DNA of 64,000 nt from Candidatus Woesearchaeota archaeon (GCA_046704725.1 JBJKRI010000003.1:32001-96000); one strand, 5' to 3'. Shown: positions 28,545 to 38,773, counted from the first letter of the stretch. Numbers and translations are program-made. Notes: generated from the sequence alone by a model not told the origin.

Positions 28545-29972
28545 ATGGGACTGATAGAGCGTATGGCGGCCGCCTTCCCGGAGGTCTCGCGGCCCACGCA
28601 GAAACACCTCGGCTTCAACCAGAAGTTGAAGTGGACGCTCATCATCCTCGTCGCTTTCTTCATCCTCGGCGTCACGCCATTGTTCGGCCTCGACCCGAAC
28701 AGCCAGTTCCGCTTCGCCCAGCTCGAGCTCATCCTGGGAGCGTCGTTCGGTAGCGTCATCAGCCTGGGCATCGGGCCGATCGTCACCGGTTCCATCGTGC
28801 TGCAGCTGTTGACCGGAGCGGGCATGCTCAATATCGACACGAACACCGAGGAGGGCAAGAAGAAGTTCCAGGCCCTGCAAAAGATCATGTCCATCTTCTT
28901 CGTCGTCTTCGAATCCTGTATCTACGTCTTCATGGGCGGCCTCGCGCCCACGCCCGGCGCCGGCAACTTCGTCGCCCTGGAGTTCATCCTCATCGTCCAG
29001 CTCATCATGGGCGGATTGCTCATCATGCTCATGGACGAGGTCACGAGCAAGTGGGGCTTCGGCTCCGGTATCAGCTTGTTCATCGCCGCGGGAGTCTCGA
29101 AACAGATATTCATCCGGGCCTTGTCGCCCTTCCACCAGACCGTTCAGGGAGTCGCTTCCGAGGGTTATGTCGGCGCGATCCCCGAGATGTTCCGCAGCGT
29201 CGCCGCTGGCGACACCACGGGCGCGGCCATCGCGTTGGCGAGCATCGCCGCCACGGTCATCATCTTCGTCGCCGTCGTCTACACGCAAGCGATGAAGGTG
29301 GAGATCCCCTTGTCGTTCGGGCGTATCCGCGGACACGGCGTGCGCTGGCCATTGAGCTTCTTCTACACCAGCAACATCCCGGTCATCTTGGTGGCTGCCT
29401 TGTTCGCGAACATCCAGTTGTGGGCGCGATTGCTCCAGAACTGGGCGACGAGCAGCGGCTCGGCCCTCATCACCTCCATATCCCATATCATCGGCCAGTA
29501 CTCCGGCCAGTCCCCCGTCTCGGGCTTCGCACTGTACATCACGCCGCCCAACCTCCTCCAAGCGTTCGTCACCAGCTCCGTCACGGGACAGATGCTCTTG
29601 TCGGCCTTGGTCTACGTATTGATGATGGTCGCCGGCTCCACGCTCTTCGCGTACTTCTGGGTCCAGACCGCGGGTCTGGATTCTCGCAGCCAGGCCAAGA
29701 ATATCATGGCCTCCGGACTGCAGGTGCCTGGCTTCCGCAAGGACCCACGGGTCATGGAGCGCTTGCTGGACCGGTACATCATGCCGCTCGCCATCATGGG
29801 CGGTATCGCCGTCGGCCTCCTGGCCGCCTTGGCAGACCTGCTCGGCGCGCTCACCTCGGGAACAGGCCTCTTGCTGACTGTCATGATCATCTACCAGCTC
29901 TACGAGAGCATCGCTGCAGAGCAGGTGTATAGCATGAGCCCGCTGGTCCGCAAGTTCTTCGGCAAGGACTGA
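28545..29972 (+). CDS. secY: preprotein translocase SecY
   Basis: LGIGPIVT, GSGISLFI, YTSNIPVIL, PGFRKD, GTGLLL. Confidence 0.98.
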   Translation: MGLIERMAAAFPEVSRPTQKHLGFNQKLKWTLIILVAFFILGVTPLFGLDPNSQFRFAQLELILGASFGSVISLGIGPIVTGSIVLQLLTGAGMLNIDTNTEEGKKKFQALQKIMSIFFVVFESCIYVFMGGLAPTPGAGNFVALEFILIVQLIMGGLLIMLMDEVTSKWGFGSGISLFIAAGVSKQIFIRALSPFHQTVQGVASEGYVGAIPEMFRSVAAGDTTGAAIALASIAATVIIFVAVVYTQAMKVEIPLSFGRIRGHGVRWPLSFFYTSNIPVILVAALFANIQLWARLLQNWATSSGSALITSISHIIGQYSGQSPVSGFALYITPPNLLQAFVTSSVTGQMLLSALVYVLMMVAGSTLFAYFWVQTAGLDSRSQAKNIMASGLQVPGFRKDPRVMERLLDRYIMPLAIMGGIAVGLLAALADLLGALTSGTGLLLTVMIIYQLYESIAAEQVYSMSPLVRKFFGKD

Positions 29973-30011
29973 ACCAACCCCTTTTTATAGCCGCCTCCTC
30001 TCCACCTTTCC

Positions 30012-30749
30012 ATGGCCATAGAGTCTTTCCTGGACCCTGTCCTCGGCTGGTTGCTGCCGCTGCCCATGTGGCTCTCGCTCCTCATATTCGCCGTCTTCAT
30101 GACACTGGTCATCACGCTCGTCCAGAAGTACATGACCGACCAGAAGGAGATGAAGCGCCTCAAGGAGAAGGTCAAGTCCTCCCAGGAGGAGATGAAGAAG
30201 TATCGCGACGAGCCCAAGAAGCTCGCGAAGATCCAGCAAGAGGCGATGCAGACGAACATGAAGTACACCATGAAGTCGCTCAAGCCCACGCTGTACACGA
30301 TACTGCCCTTCCTCATCCTCATCGCCTGGATGTCCGCGCACTATTCGCTCGCTGCCATCCCGCCCAACACGCCCGTCATGGTGCACGTCCAGCTCGAGCA
30401 GCCGGGCCGCGTCACGCTCACCAGCGATGCCACCGTGCTGGGCAACGCCACCAAGGCCACCGTCGAGAAGCAGGTCTATTGGGAGGTGAAGGGGCCGCCA
30501 GGGAACCACACCCTCAACTTCACCTCTTCGGGCGTATCCGTCACACAGGATCTCATCATCGGCTCGACGCCCACGCAGAAGATCGTGAAGCAGGGCTCGC
30601 CTTTCGTCGAGACCCAGGTGGACTATCCCAAGGCCACGCCCTTCGGCGATTTCTCCATCTTCGGTTACATGCCTGGCTGGCTGATGACGTACTTCTTGTA
30701 CAGCATCGTCTTGAGCATCGGCATCCGGAAGATCATGAAGGTCTACTAG
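30012..30749 (+). CDS. DUF106/EMC3-TMCO1 (Oxa1 superfamily) insertase with an extracellular insert
   Basis: TM, coiled coil (DQKEMKRLKE), KPTLYT, GWLMTY; position after secY. Confidence 0.88.
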   Translation: MAIESFLDPVLGWLLPLPMWLSLLIFAVFMTLVITLVQKYMTDQKEMKRLKEKVKSSQEEMKKYRDEPKKLAKIQQEAMQTNMKYTMKSLKPTLYTILPFLILIAWMSAHYSLAAIPPNTPVMVHVQLEQPGRVTLTSDATVLGNATKATVEKQVYWEVKGPPGNHTLNFTSSGVSVTQDLIIGSTPTQKIVKQGSPFVETQVDYPKATPFGDFSIFGYMPGWLMTYFLYSIVLSIGIRKIMKVY

Positions 30750-30786
30750 GCGCTACGCTTTTATACCGTCGTACGCCCAGCACGCC

Positions 30787-31221
30787 ATGCGCGCCTGGTT
30801 GTTGATCCCCTTGTTGCTCGTCGTCGCGGCCTGCATGCCGCGCGGCCCCACGGGCAACATCGTCGCGCCCCCATCGCATTCGGTGAACGGCAACACCGCG
30901 GTCACGACAGAGATCTTCCCCCACACCGACCAGCCCGCCACCGTCCGCGTCACAGCGACCGGCGATATCGTCTATCGCGCCTTCCGGGTGGACGGCCAGC
31001 CCTACACCCTCGTCGGCCAGGAAAAAGACAACCAATGGCTCACGGGATCGGGCACGGCCATCGTCTATCTCTGGCCCGGCACGCACACCATCGACGCCTA
31101 CACGTGCACCCAGACACTCACGAGCTGGAAGTGCGGCTGCACCAACGGCAACGATTGCGGCCACTGGATGCAGGAGACGATCGACGTGCCCAACGCCTCC
31201 ACCCCCGCCCTCCCACAATAG
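30787..31221 (+). CDS. predicted lipoprotein with WKCGC Cys motif
   Basis: Lipobox-like VVAAC; AYTC...WKCGC...C..W; own TATA box. Confidence 0.75.
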   Translation: MRAWLLIPLLLVVAACMPRGPTGNIVAPPSHSVNGNTAVTTEIFPHTDQPATVRVTATGDIVYRAFRVDGQPYTLVGQEKDNQWLTGSGTAIVYLWPGTHTIDAYTCTQTLTSWKCGCTNGNDCGHWMQETIDVPNASTPALPQ

Positions 31222-31333
31222 CTGTTATTCCATTCCAATATCGTCTTTTAAGGAGTTATGAACAGCGAACGGACTGCCCCCATCAAGGAAGAAAGGCCGT
31301 CACCTTTAAAAATCGCCACTGATTCGCCCCGGT

Positions 31334-31603
31334 ATGGTACACGGAGCGAACAAGAGCGGCTCACGGAAGCGCGTCTTCGTGCGCACGACGTCCAAGACGG
31401 CGGTGCGCTATCAGGAGAAGCGCCCCTCCAAGCCCCACTGCACGTGCGGCAGGATCCTGCAAGGGACCGCCCGCGGCACCCGCGTCGACATGAAGAGGCT
31501 GTCCAAGACCGAGAAGCGCCCCTCGAGGCCCTACGGCGGACACCTCTGCAGCGTCTGCGCGAAGAAAGCGCTCCGTGCCCAGGCAAGACTCTCTTCGGAC
31601 TAG
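31334..31603 (+). CDS. rpl34e: 50S ribosomal protein eL34
   Basis: CTCGRIL, SKTEKRPSRPYGGHLCSVC. Confidence 0.95.
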   Translation: MVHGANKSGSRKRVFVRTTSKTAVRYQEKRPSKPHCTCGRILQGTARGTRVDMKRLSKTEKRPSRPYGGHLCSVCAKKALRAQARLSSD

Positions 31604-31645
31604 GCGGCGACGCATCCAAGGTTCTGAGGAGGAGAGGGAACACAC

Positions 31646-31996
31646 ATGTATGATATCGGAAGGCTCTGTATGAAGGTCGCCGGCCGCGACGCGGGTAGGT
31701 ACTGCCTAGTCGTCGACGCCAAGGACGGCAAGCTCCTCGTGGACGGACAGACGCGCAGGCGTCTTGTCAACGAGCACCATCTCGAACCCCTCGACAAATC
31801 GGTCAAGCTCGCAAAGGGCGCATCGCACGCTGATGTGGTCAAGGCACTCGGAACGCTCGGCATCGCCGTGAAAGAACCGAAGGAGCGCCCCAAGAAGGCC
31901 AAGACGGAGAAGAAAGCCGACAAGAGCGAGAAGCCGACCAAGAAGGCGTCCGCCAAGAAAACCAAGAAGGCGTCCGCCAAGAAGGCGAAGCAATAA
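31646..31996 (+). CDS. rpl14e: 50S ribosomal protein eL14 with Lys-rich tail
   Basis: IGRLCMKVAGRDAG, RRLVNEHHLEP. Confidence 0.95.
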   Translation: MYDIGRLCMKVAGRDAGRYCLVVDAKDGKLLVDGQTRRRLVNEHHLEPLDKSVKLAKGASHADVVKALGTLGIAVKEPKERPKKAKTEKKADKSEKPTKKASAKKTKKASAKKAKQ

Positions 31997-32021
31997 AATG
32001 GACGGGGGGTAGGGTCCGCGA

Positions 32022-33311
32022 ATGGACCCCGATCGTGTCAGCGTCGTGTACGATCTTCGGCGGAAGCTCCGCAAGGGGCACAGCGAGGACGTCTTCAACC
32101 AGTTCCTGACACTCGGCGGCTTCTCCGCGGGAGCGGCCGTGCTGCTCTTCGCGCTCCACTTGGTCATGGCCCGCTTGCTCGGGCCGGAGAGCTATGCGTC
32201 GTTCGGCACCTACGTCGCGATACTCTACACCGCGTTCTTCTGCCTGACGAGCATCCATCTCATCATCACGCGGTTCATCAGCTACCACCGCTCGCGCTAC
32301 CAGTACGAGCAGATCAACTACATCATCACGCACAGCCTGCGCATACTGTTCATCGCGGGCTTCGCCGCGTTCATCATCCTGCTGGCCGCAGCGCGCGGCG
32401 TCGCGCTCTTCTTCCACCTGACGGGCATCGCCTCGACGGTCTTGCTCGGTTTCGCGATCTGGTTCGTCATCCTCTCGCCCGTCTTCGAGGGCGCCTTCAA
32501 GGGCCTCGAGGATTTCCGCGGCATCGGGCGCATGCGCCTCATCGAGTCTGGTATCCGCTTGCTCGCGGCGACCGGTCTCGTGCTCTTGGGCTTCGGCGTC
32601 CCCGGAGCGCTCTTTGGACTGGGCATCGGCACGTTCGTCGCCCTCATGTTCAGCTACCGTGATCTCTACCGCATCATGCGGCTCAAAATAGTCAAGCCCG
32701 ACCTCACCCAGATGCGCCGCTTCGCCGTGCCTGTGCTCTTGACGATCGTCTCCATCTCCTTGCTCCTCAACCTCGACATCATCCTGGTCAAGCACTTCTT
32801 CGACCCCGCCCAGGCGGGCGTCTTCGCGGCGGCGAGCCTCGTCGCAAAGGTGCCGTTCTTCATCAGCATGGTGTTCGTCGGCGTGATGTTCCCGAAGATC
32901 ACGCAGCTCCACGCGGACGGAAAGAACGCAACACCCATACTGCGCAACGCCTTGCAGGTCGTGGTCCCGCTCGTCGCTGTCTTCACATTGCTCAGCTTCT
33001 TCTTCGCCGGACCCCTCTTCTCACTGCTCTTCGGCGCCGGCTATGTCATCGGACCCACGCTCGGCTTCTACGTCTTCGGCATGGGATGCCTTTCCATCAC
33101 CGTCCTGCTCGCGGTCTACCTGCTCGCGGTCCGCGAGGACAGCATCGCCTTCGCGATACCAATCTTCCTCGTCGTCTTCGCGGCATTGCTCGGTATCTTC
33201 CACGGCTCGCTCACGCAGGTCATGGTCGTAGTGATGCTTGTCATGGTAGCGGCCTTGGCCTACACGCTTTACAAGTCGCGTGACTTCATCGACTTCGACC
33301 TGTTCCTATAG
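32022..33311 (+). CDS. Wzx-like oligosaccharide flippase (MOP superfamily)
   Basis: About 12 TM segments; MARLLGPESY, LDIILVKHF, AGVFAAAS, MFPKI. Confidence 0.88.
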   Translation: MDPDRVSVVYDLRRKLRKGHSEDVFNQFLTLGGFSAGAAVLLFALHLVMARLLGPESYASFGTYVAILYTAFFCLTSIHLIITRFISYHRSRYQYEQINYIITHSLRILFIAGFAAFIILLAAARGVALFFHLTGIASTVLLGFAIWFVILSPVFEGAFKGLEDFRGIGRMRLIESGIRLLAATGLVLLGFGVPGALFGLGIGTFVALMFSYRDLYRIMRLKIVKPDLTQMRRFAVPVLLTIVSISLLLNLDIILVKHFFDPAQAGVFAAASLVAKVPFFISMVFVGVMFPKITQLHADGKNATPILRNALQVVVPLVAVFTLLSFFFAGPLFSLLFGAGYVIGPTLGFYVFGMGCLSITVLLAVYLLAVREDSIAFAIPIFLVVFAALLGIFHGSLTQVMVVVMLVMVAALAYTLYKSRDFIDFDLFL

Positions 33312-33317
33312 TGACTT

Positions 33318-34925
33318 TCAGAGTCTGTTGATGACTTTTTCGGCCTTTGTAAGCATACTCGAAATCTCGAACGCGCACGTCGGCATGTGGATGCTACGCG
33401 CGGACAGTTCCTTTGGATGGATCTCTCCCACAACGCCATGTATATCTCCTGTCACGCGCGCGCACCGCCCCGGCAAGAAACGCTCGTCCTCGTGCTCCTC
33501 GAACGTGACCCACCAATCCATCGCGCGGCACAACGCTTCCAGCGCCTGTCGCGCCTGGGTATAATCAGCGTCCTCGGCGCAGCGGACCGCGGCGGCATGA
33601 CGTGACTCGACGACACCCGTATCGCTCTTCCCCTTAGCGAACACCGGACCGACCTCGAAGGCTTGCTGCGGATAGCGGTTGTTCACGTTCTTTTTCAGCG
33701 TGTCGAGCATGCCGGCGAGCAGTTCCTCGCGCAACGCTGCAAAGTCCTGGGTGAGCTGATTCTCCAAGGGAACGCCGTCGGCTCGTAGGTAATAGTCCAT
33801 GAACTCTTGCATGCCCATCCCTGACAGCACGCCGCGTATCGCGTCCTCGATGATCGTCGTTCTTGCGAGCTTCCCGACAGTGTAGATGGAAGGCACTCTC
33901 GGTTCGATGCGGTCGTATCCGTAGCCGATGGCCGCGTCTTCCACGACGTCTGCCGCGTGCATGAAGTCCGTGCGGTACGGTGGGATGCGCACGGCATCCT
34001 TCTCCAATGAAAGTCCCATCTTCGCGAGGCTTGCCGAGAGCTCTGATGCGGGGATGCCGCTTCGCTCCACAACATAGTCGATGTCGATGTCGAGCTTACG
34101 CTGCGTCAGGTCGGGCGTGATGATGTGCCAGTCGGGATACTCGACGGTCATGCTCTCGACCGTCGCTCCCATGTCGGAGAATGCGCAGCAGATCATGGCG
34201 AGCGCTTGTTCGAGCGGCAGTTCCTGGTGGCCGGAGCACTCGATGAAGACGTCTTTCGTCTTCTCGGTGACTTTTCCCACGTCGTGGCTGTTGATGATGG
34301 GCGGCACCGACAATACCTTGCCCTCGGCGTCGCGGAACACCGGATACACAGAAGCCCCTTCGAGGAGGTGCGCGTAGTGCTGGCCGGTCGGATGCTCTTT
34401 TAGCATCGTTGAAGCGTCCATATCCTTATCGCTCTCCAATGGACGGAAGACGATGTCCTTTGGCTTTTCCGCGCCGAAAGTGATGGGCAGCGTGATGTGC
34501 TCGAGCGGGTAGATGCCGATCGCCACTTTCTTCCGCTTCCTGCCGAAGGTCACGTGGAGCTTCTCCTGCAGGTCGATGATCTCCTTTATGTGCTCATCGT
34601 CCAACGACAGCCCGCGTACGATCGCGCAGCGCGTGTGCGGCCGCACCTTCGCCGCCGATGGCAATACCTTCACCACTCCGTCGCCCTTCTCGACGGTGTA
34701 GGTGTCCATCCCTTTCGTGTATCCGAGGAAATGGTTCAGTGCGCGCGCGAGCCCCACAGCGGACAGCAGGTCCGGCCTGTTCGGGAAGATCTCGACGCTC
34801 ACGTCCTCCCCGATGGATTCGAGGTCGGTGCCGAGCATGCTGATCGCCTTGGCCAGCTCCTCGTCGGAAGGCTTCCCTTTCAGGTAGGAGCGCAGCGTGC
34901 TCGTCGGCATGGTGATGGTCGGCAT
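33318..34925 (-). CDS. pheT: phenylalanine--tRNA ligase beta subunit
   Basis: NRPDLLS, QEKLH..FGRKRK, PPIINS, PPYRTD, EDAAIGYGY, GEIHP. Confidence 0.97.
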   Translation of the reverse strand: MPTITMPTSTLRSYLKGKPSDEELAKAISMLGTDLESIGEDVSVEIFPNRPDLLSAVGLARALNHFLGYTKGMDTYTVEKGDGVVKVLPSAAKVRPHTRCAIVRGLSLDDEHIKEIIDLQEKLHVTFGRKRKKVAIGIYPLEHITLPITFGAEKPKDIVFRPLESDKDMDASTMLKEHPTGQHYAHLLEGASVYPVFRDAEGKVLSVPPIINSHDVGKVTEKTKDVFIECSGHQELPLEQALAMICCAFSDMGATVESMTVEYPDWHIITPDLTQRKLDIDIDYVVERSGIPASELSASLAKMGLSLEKDAVRIPPYRTDFMHAADVVEDAAIGYGYDRIEPRVPSIYTVGKLARTTIIEDAIRGVLSGMGMQEFMDYYLRADGVPLENQLTQDFAALREELLAGMLDTLKKNVNNRYPQQAFEVGPVFAKGKSDTGVVESRHAAAVRCAEDADYTQARQALEALCRAMDWWVTFEEHEDERFLPGRCARVTGDIHGVVGEIHPKELSARSIHMPTCAFEISSMLTKAEKVINRL

Positions 34926-36385
34926 CAGTCTTCCTCCGGCGGCACGTAGGTCTTCATGCCGCGCAATTGCGCAAGGTCGTTGCCGTACAATTCGCGCAGG
35001 TCGGTGATGCTGTAGTAGTCCGTGATGATGCGCTCCATCCCCAGGCCCCACGCAAGGACGGGGATGTCCTCGCCGAGCAATGTCTTGACGACCTCAGGCC
35101 GGAAGACCCCCATGCCGCCGAGCTCCACCCATTGCTTTTTCACGGGATGGTAGACCTCGACCTCCGCGGAGGGCTCGGTGTAGGGGAAGTATGCCGGCCG
35201 GAAGCGTACTTCGGTGAATCCCATCTTCTTGTAGAATTCCTTCTGCAGTCCGATGAGGTCCGCGATGGAGAGCCCTTCTCCCACGACGATGCCTTCCACC
35301 TGATGGAACTCGAACAGGTGCTTCCAGTCGAGCGTCTCGTTGCGGAAGACCTTGGAGACGGAGAAATACTTGCCCGTCCTCTCACCGCGCTCGCGCATGC
35401 TGCGCAGCATCTGCGCCGACAACACTGTGGTGTGCGTGCGCAAGAGCACCTTCTTCGCTTCCTCCTCGCTGTACGTCGTCTGCCAGCCCGTGCTTCCCGT
35501 GTCAGCGCCGTCCTCGTGGACGCGCTTGACATGCTCCCACCAGTCCGGAAGTTGCCCTCTACTGGGCAAGTAGAAGGTGTCCTGCATCTCGCGCGCGGGA
35601 TGGTCCTGCGGCACGAACAAGGAGTCCATGTCCCAGAACGCCGTCTGCGTCATGCTCCCTTCCATCTCCGAGAATCCCATCTCGATCCACAAGCGCTTGA
35701 TCGCCGTTATCGCTTCCTGCACGAAGTGCGCCCTGCCGAAATCCCGTTCGGGCACGCCCGTTGTCACGTCATACACGCGGAAGGTCTTGCCCTTCCACGT
35801 CCCGTCCGCGAGCATGCCGCTCGTGACCCGCTCCTCGGGCGCCTTTCCCAGATCGGTCTTGGCGAGTTTCTTGCCGAGAGCTGTGAGCGTGATGGCATAC
35901 GATGTCGTTGTCGACCTCTCGACGAGCCCGCGCTTCTCGTATCCCTCCAATCCCGTCCTCGCTTTCCAGCGCTCTGCGAACGAGTCGATGGTCTCGCTCT
36001 TCCGCGAGACGGTCTTTCCCATCTCGATGCTGCCAGCCTTGCGCAAGGCGCCGATCGCCGCGTTCAGCTCCTGGTCGTCGAGCTTGGCGAGCTTCTTGAT
36101 CTCCTGCAACGTCCGTGGCTTGTCAAGCGTCGAAAGGAATCGCTCCTCAGGCAATCCGTGCTCGAGCGCGTCCTGTCCGCGCTCTGTGAGCTCCCATTCG
36201 GAGCGCTCCTGCTTCCTAAGCGTGAGCACTTCCTTGTTCGAGAGGTACCGCGCCGCGCGCATGGCCTCGACCTCGGGCACGCCCGCCTCTTTCGCGAGCG
36301 CTGATACGCTCTTCTTGTCCACGAGGTGCGGCACGACCTTCCGCTCGATGGGCGAGAGGCTCCTGATGAGCGTTTCCGGCTCCAT
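34925..36385 (-). CDS. pheS: phenylalanine--tRNA ligase alpha subunit
   Basis: QDHPAREMQDTF, LLRTHTT, FRNE, YFPYTEPS, AWGLGMER. Confidence 0.98.
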   Translation of the reverse strand: MEPETLIRSLSPIERKVVPHLVDKKSVSALAKEAGVPEVEAMRAARYLSNKEVLTLRKQERSEWELTERGQDALEHGLPEERFLSTLDKPRTLQEIKKLAKLDDQELNAAIGALRKAGSIEMGKTVSRKSETIDSFAERWKARTGLEGYEKRGLVERSTTTSYAITLTALGKKLAKTDLGKAPEERVTSGMLADGTWKGKTFRVYDVTTGVPERDFGRAHFVQEAITAIKRLWIEMGFSEMEGSMTQTAFWDMDSLFVPQDHPAREMQDTFYLPSRGQLPDWWEHVKRVHEDGADTGSTGWQTTYSEEEAKKVLLRTHTTVLSAQMLRSMRERGERTGKYFSVSKVFRNETLDWKHLFEFHQVEGIVVGEGLSIADLIGLQKEFYKKMGFTEVRFRPAYFPYTEPSAEVEVYHPVKKQWVELGGMGVFRPEVVKTLLGEDIPVLAWGLGMERIITDYYSITDLRELYGNDLAQLRGMKTYVPPEED

Positions 36386-36408
36386 ACGGCCCGAGATGAG
36401 GCGTTTCT

Positions 36409-36981
36409 TTATAATCGTGCTGGGCTAGGCAGCCAGGACCGGATATTCTTCCCGAATGGCTCGAGCACCGCTTCCCCTTCGCGTAGGAGCTTCCGGACGT
36501 CTCTGAATTCGTGCTCCATCTCGGTGATCGTTTGAGCGGTCGTCCTCGATCTTCTCTCTATGGTATCGAGATTCTCCTGAAGGATTGCGAGATTCATTTC
36601 TATCTGTGTCCATGGGTCTACTTCTTCGTGCGAGCCTTTGGTCTGCTTGATGTTCTCTACGATCTGGCTTGCCGCATTGTAGGCGCGCCACATTGTATCC
36701 TTGAGCAGGCTTTCCAGCTGCTCGACCTCGTTCAGTTCGTTGGTCATCTCGACTCCGAGCCGGCGGAGCTCGTTGGCGCGCTCGGACATGCGCTTGATGA
36801 TATTGTCTTCGTGCCGCAGGAACTCTAGCGACCTCTGGAGGTGGTCGATGATCTTTTGCAGGCCCTTCTTGGTCTTTTCGATCTTCCTGTTGACTCCTGT
36901 CTGCGAGATGTGCTCCAGGTTGGTCCGTGCTTGGTCGATAATATCATTGTAGTCCTTGAAGTCGTCCTTGTGCAGAAGCAT
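36409..36981 (-). CDS. hypothetical coiled-coil protein
   Basis: 190-aa helical heptad-like ORF following trmB. Confidence 0.65.
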   Translation of the reverse strand: MLLHKDDFKDYNDIIDQARTNLEHISQTGVNRKIEKTKKGLQKIIDHLQRSLEFLRHEDNIIKRMSERANELRRLGVEMTNELNEVEQLESLLKDTMWRAYNAASQIVENIKQTKGSHEEVDPWTQIEMNLAILQENLDTIERRSRTTAQTITEMEHEFRDVRKLLREGEAVLEPFGKNIRSWLPSPARL

Positions 36982-37048
36982 CCCCTTACCTCCGCGCAGG
37001 TCCTATTTGAGCGTTTCGAGAATGGAGAATAGAAAAGGAACAGAAGGC

Positions 37049-37855
37049 TTACGCCTTCACTTTCTTCATCTCTTTCCACGCGAGCTCGAAGTACTCCTCG
37101 AGCGCCGACGCGAAAAAGGGCGTGTTGATCCAGATGCCGACATCGTAGGTCGGGTGGATCTCTTCGTCGTCCATGATCATGAACACGAGTTCCTGTCCGT
37201 CCACGATGACGAAGCGGGCCCGGGTCTTGCTCTCGCGCACCTCTGCGATGCCTTCGAGCTGCTTGGCCACCTTCCGCGTCTCGGCGTTCATGGGAGCCGC
37301 GATTCGGATGGTCACGCCGCGCTTCTTGATCTGTTCGAGCACGGGCTGCAATCCTTCGGTCTTGCGCATGAATCCCTGCGCCGTCGTCGCGATGGTCACG
37401 CTTTTTTCGGCGCCGCGGATGACAAGCTCGAGATGGTTGTACAGGTTGTGCCTGCCCTTGAGCGAACCGGAGAGGTCGCTCGGCTCGACGAGCTCGACCC
37501 CCTGCGTGTGCAGGTTGTTCAGCTCCTGGATGATATCGGTATTCTTGAGATCTTCCAAGCGTCGGACGTTCTCGTCCGCCTCTTGGCGCACGTTCTTCTT
37601 CACGCGCTCAAGCACCTCTTTGGGCGACACGGCGATGTACTTGATGGGCTTGCCCAGCTTCATCACCACGAAGCCCTTCTTCTCGAGGCTCTCGAGGACG
37701 TCGTATGAACGCGAGCGTGGGACGTTCGCGATATCAGACAGTTCGCCCGCCGTCGAGACGCCGCGCGATAGCAGCGCCGTCCAGATCTTGACCTCGTAGA
37801 GGTTCAGGTTGAAATAGCGGCGTAGCTTGCTCAGAAACTCTTCTTTGACGATCAT
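37049..37855 (-). CDS. TrmB-family transcriptional regulator
   Basis: LNLYEVK, VPRSRSYDVLESLEKKG, PIKY; C-terminal PLD-like domain. Confidence 0.93.
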   Translation of the reverse strand: MIVKEEFLSKLRRYFNLNLYEVKIWTALLSRGVSTAGELSDIANVPRSRSYDVLESLEKKGFVVMKLGKPIKYIAVSPKEVLERVKKNVRQEADENVRRLEDLKNTDIIQELNNLHTQGVELVEPSDLSGSLKGRHNLYNHLELVIRGAEKSVTIATTAQGFMRKTEGLQPVLEQIKKRGVTIRIAAPMNAETRKVAKQLEGIAEVRESKTRARFVIVDGQELVFMIMDDEEIHPTYDVGIWINTPFFASALEEYFELAWKEMKKVKA

Positions 37856-37924
37856 TGCAGTTTTACCCCCTTGAAGGGAACTCACCCCTTACTGCGACGA
37901 CAACCCCTCCCTGCTATAAATATG

Positions 37925-38773
37925 TTACTGTCTTGCTGCGGTGACGCCTTGGGATTGCTCCAAGGTGATGATGGTGAACTCCTCGTTCGGAAGAGTGACG
38001 CGCCCCAACACCTTCCCGGTGATGAGCCGCTCGAACCACTCCCGAGGACGTAACGGTTTCTTCTGCCCGACGCTCAGGGTCGGAAAGCTCGTTACCAGGA
38101 TGCGCGCAGGGATGCTGTCGAGCAACTCCGCCGTCACATCGTGCCGCAATTCCTCGAGGCTGTCGAAGAGCTTGAACGAGAAGGCGACATCCGCTCGTGG
38201 AAGGGTCGCCACCGTATCCGGGTCGGTCAGGTCCACGCAGTGCTCGGAGTGCTCCACACCCACCGCTTCGAGGAAGCGTCCGACACGCTCCAGGTCCTGG
38301 CACGCGATGTCCGCCGAGTGGTATGCGGGCCTGCCTGGCAGGAACGGATACGCGAACGGATTGAAGCCGCATCCGAGATCCAGGACGCTCTGTGGCGTCC
38401 CCGTGACGCGGAACAACTGGTGATAGAGGAATGCGTAATAGGAGAGACGTTCGGCGCTCGACCGGTGCAATCCAAGCACGGCTCGCGCACGTTCTTCTGT
38501 CGGCTCGTTGATGAGCGCGTCCACCAACGCATCACGCTTGGCGCCGTACTGCGCGGTGAAGAACACCCCGTACACCGTACGTAATATTGCTCGTACTTCT
38601 GAGCGCAACCGCTGGAAGGCCTTCTTTCTCGTGAATCGTGATGGGTCCTTCTCGAACTCCGCCCGCACGTCCGGGTGCTTTCCCAGCCACGCGTCGAGGA
38701 TGCGTTTGGCGAACGGCCGCGATATCCCTTTCAGTTCTTTCTTGTCGAGCACGAGCTCGAGCAGCGCTACCAT
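37925..38773 (-). CDS. ArmA/Rmt/Sgm (FmrO)-family 16S rRNA methyltransferase homolog
   Basis: LHRSSAERL (cf. HxSTxERL), VLDLGCGFNPF, FSFKLFDSLE, VTSFPTLS, NE. Confidence 0.85.
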   Translation of the reverse strand: MVALLELVLDKKELKGISRPFAKRILDAWLGKHPDVRAEFEKDPSRFTRKKAFQRLRSEVRAILRTVYGVFFTAQYGAKRDALVDALINEPTEERARAVLGLHRSSAERLSYYAFLYHQLFRVTGTPQSVLDLGCGFNPFAYPFLPGRPAYHSADIACQDLERVGRFLEAVGVEHSEHCVDLTDPDTVATLPRADVAFSFKLFDSLEELRHDVTAELLDSIPARILVTSFPTLSVGQKKPLRPREWFERLITGKVLGRVTLPNEEFTIITLEQSQGVTAARQ

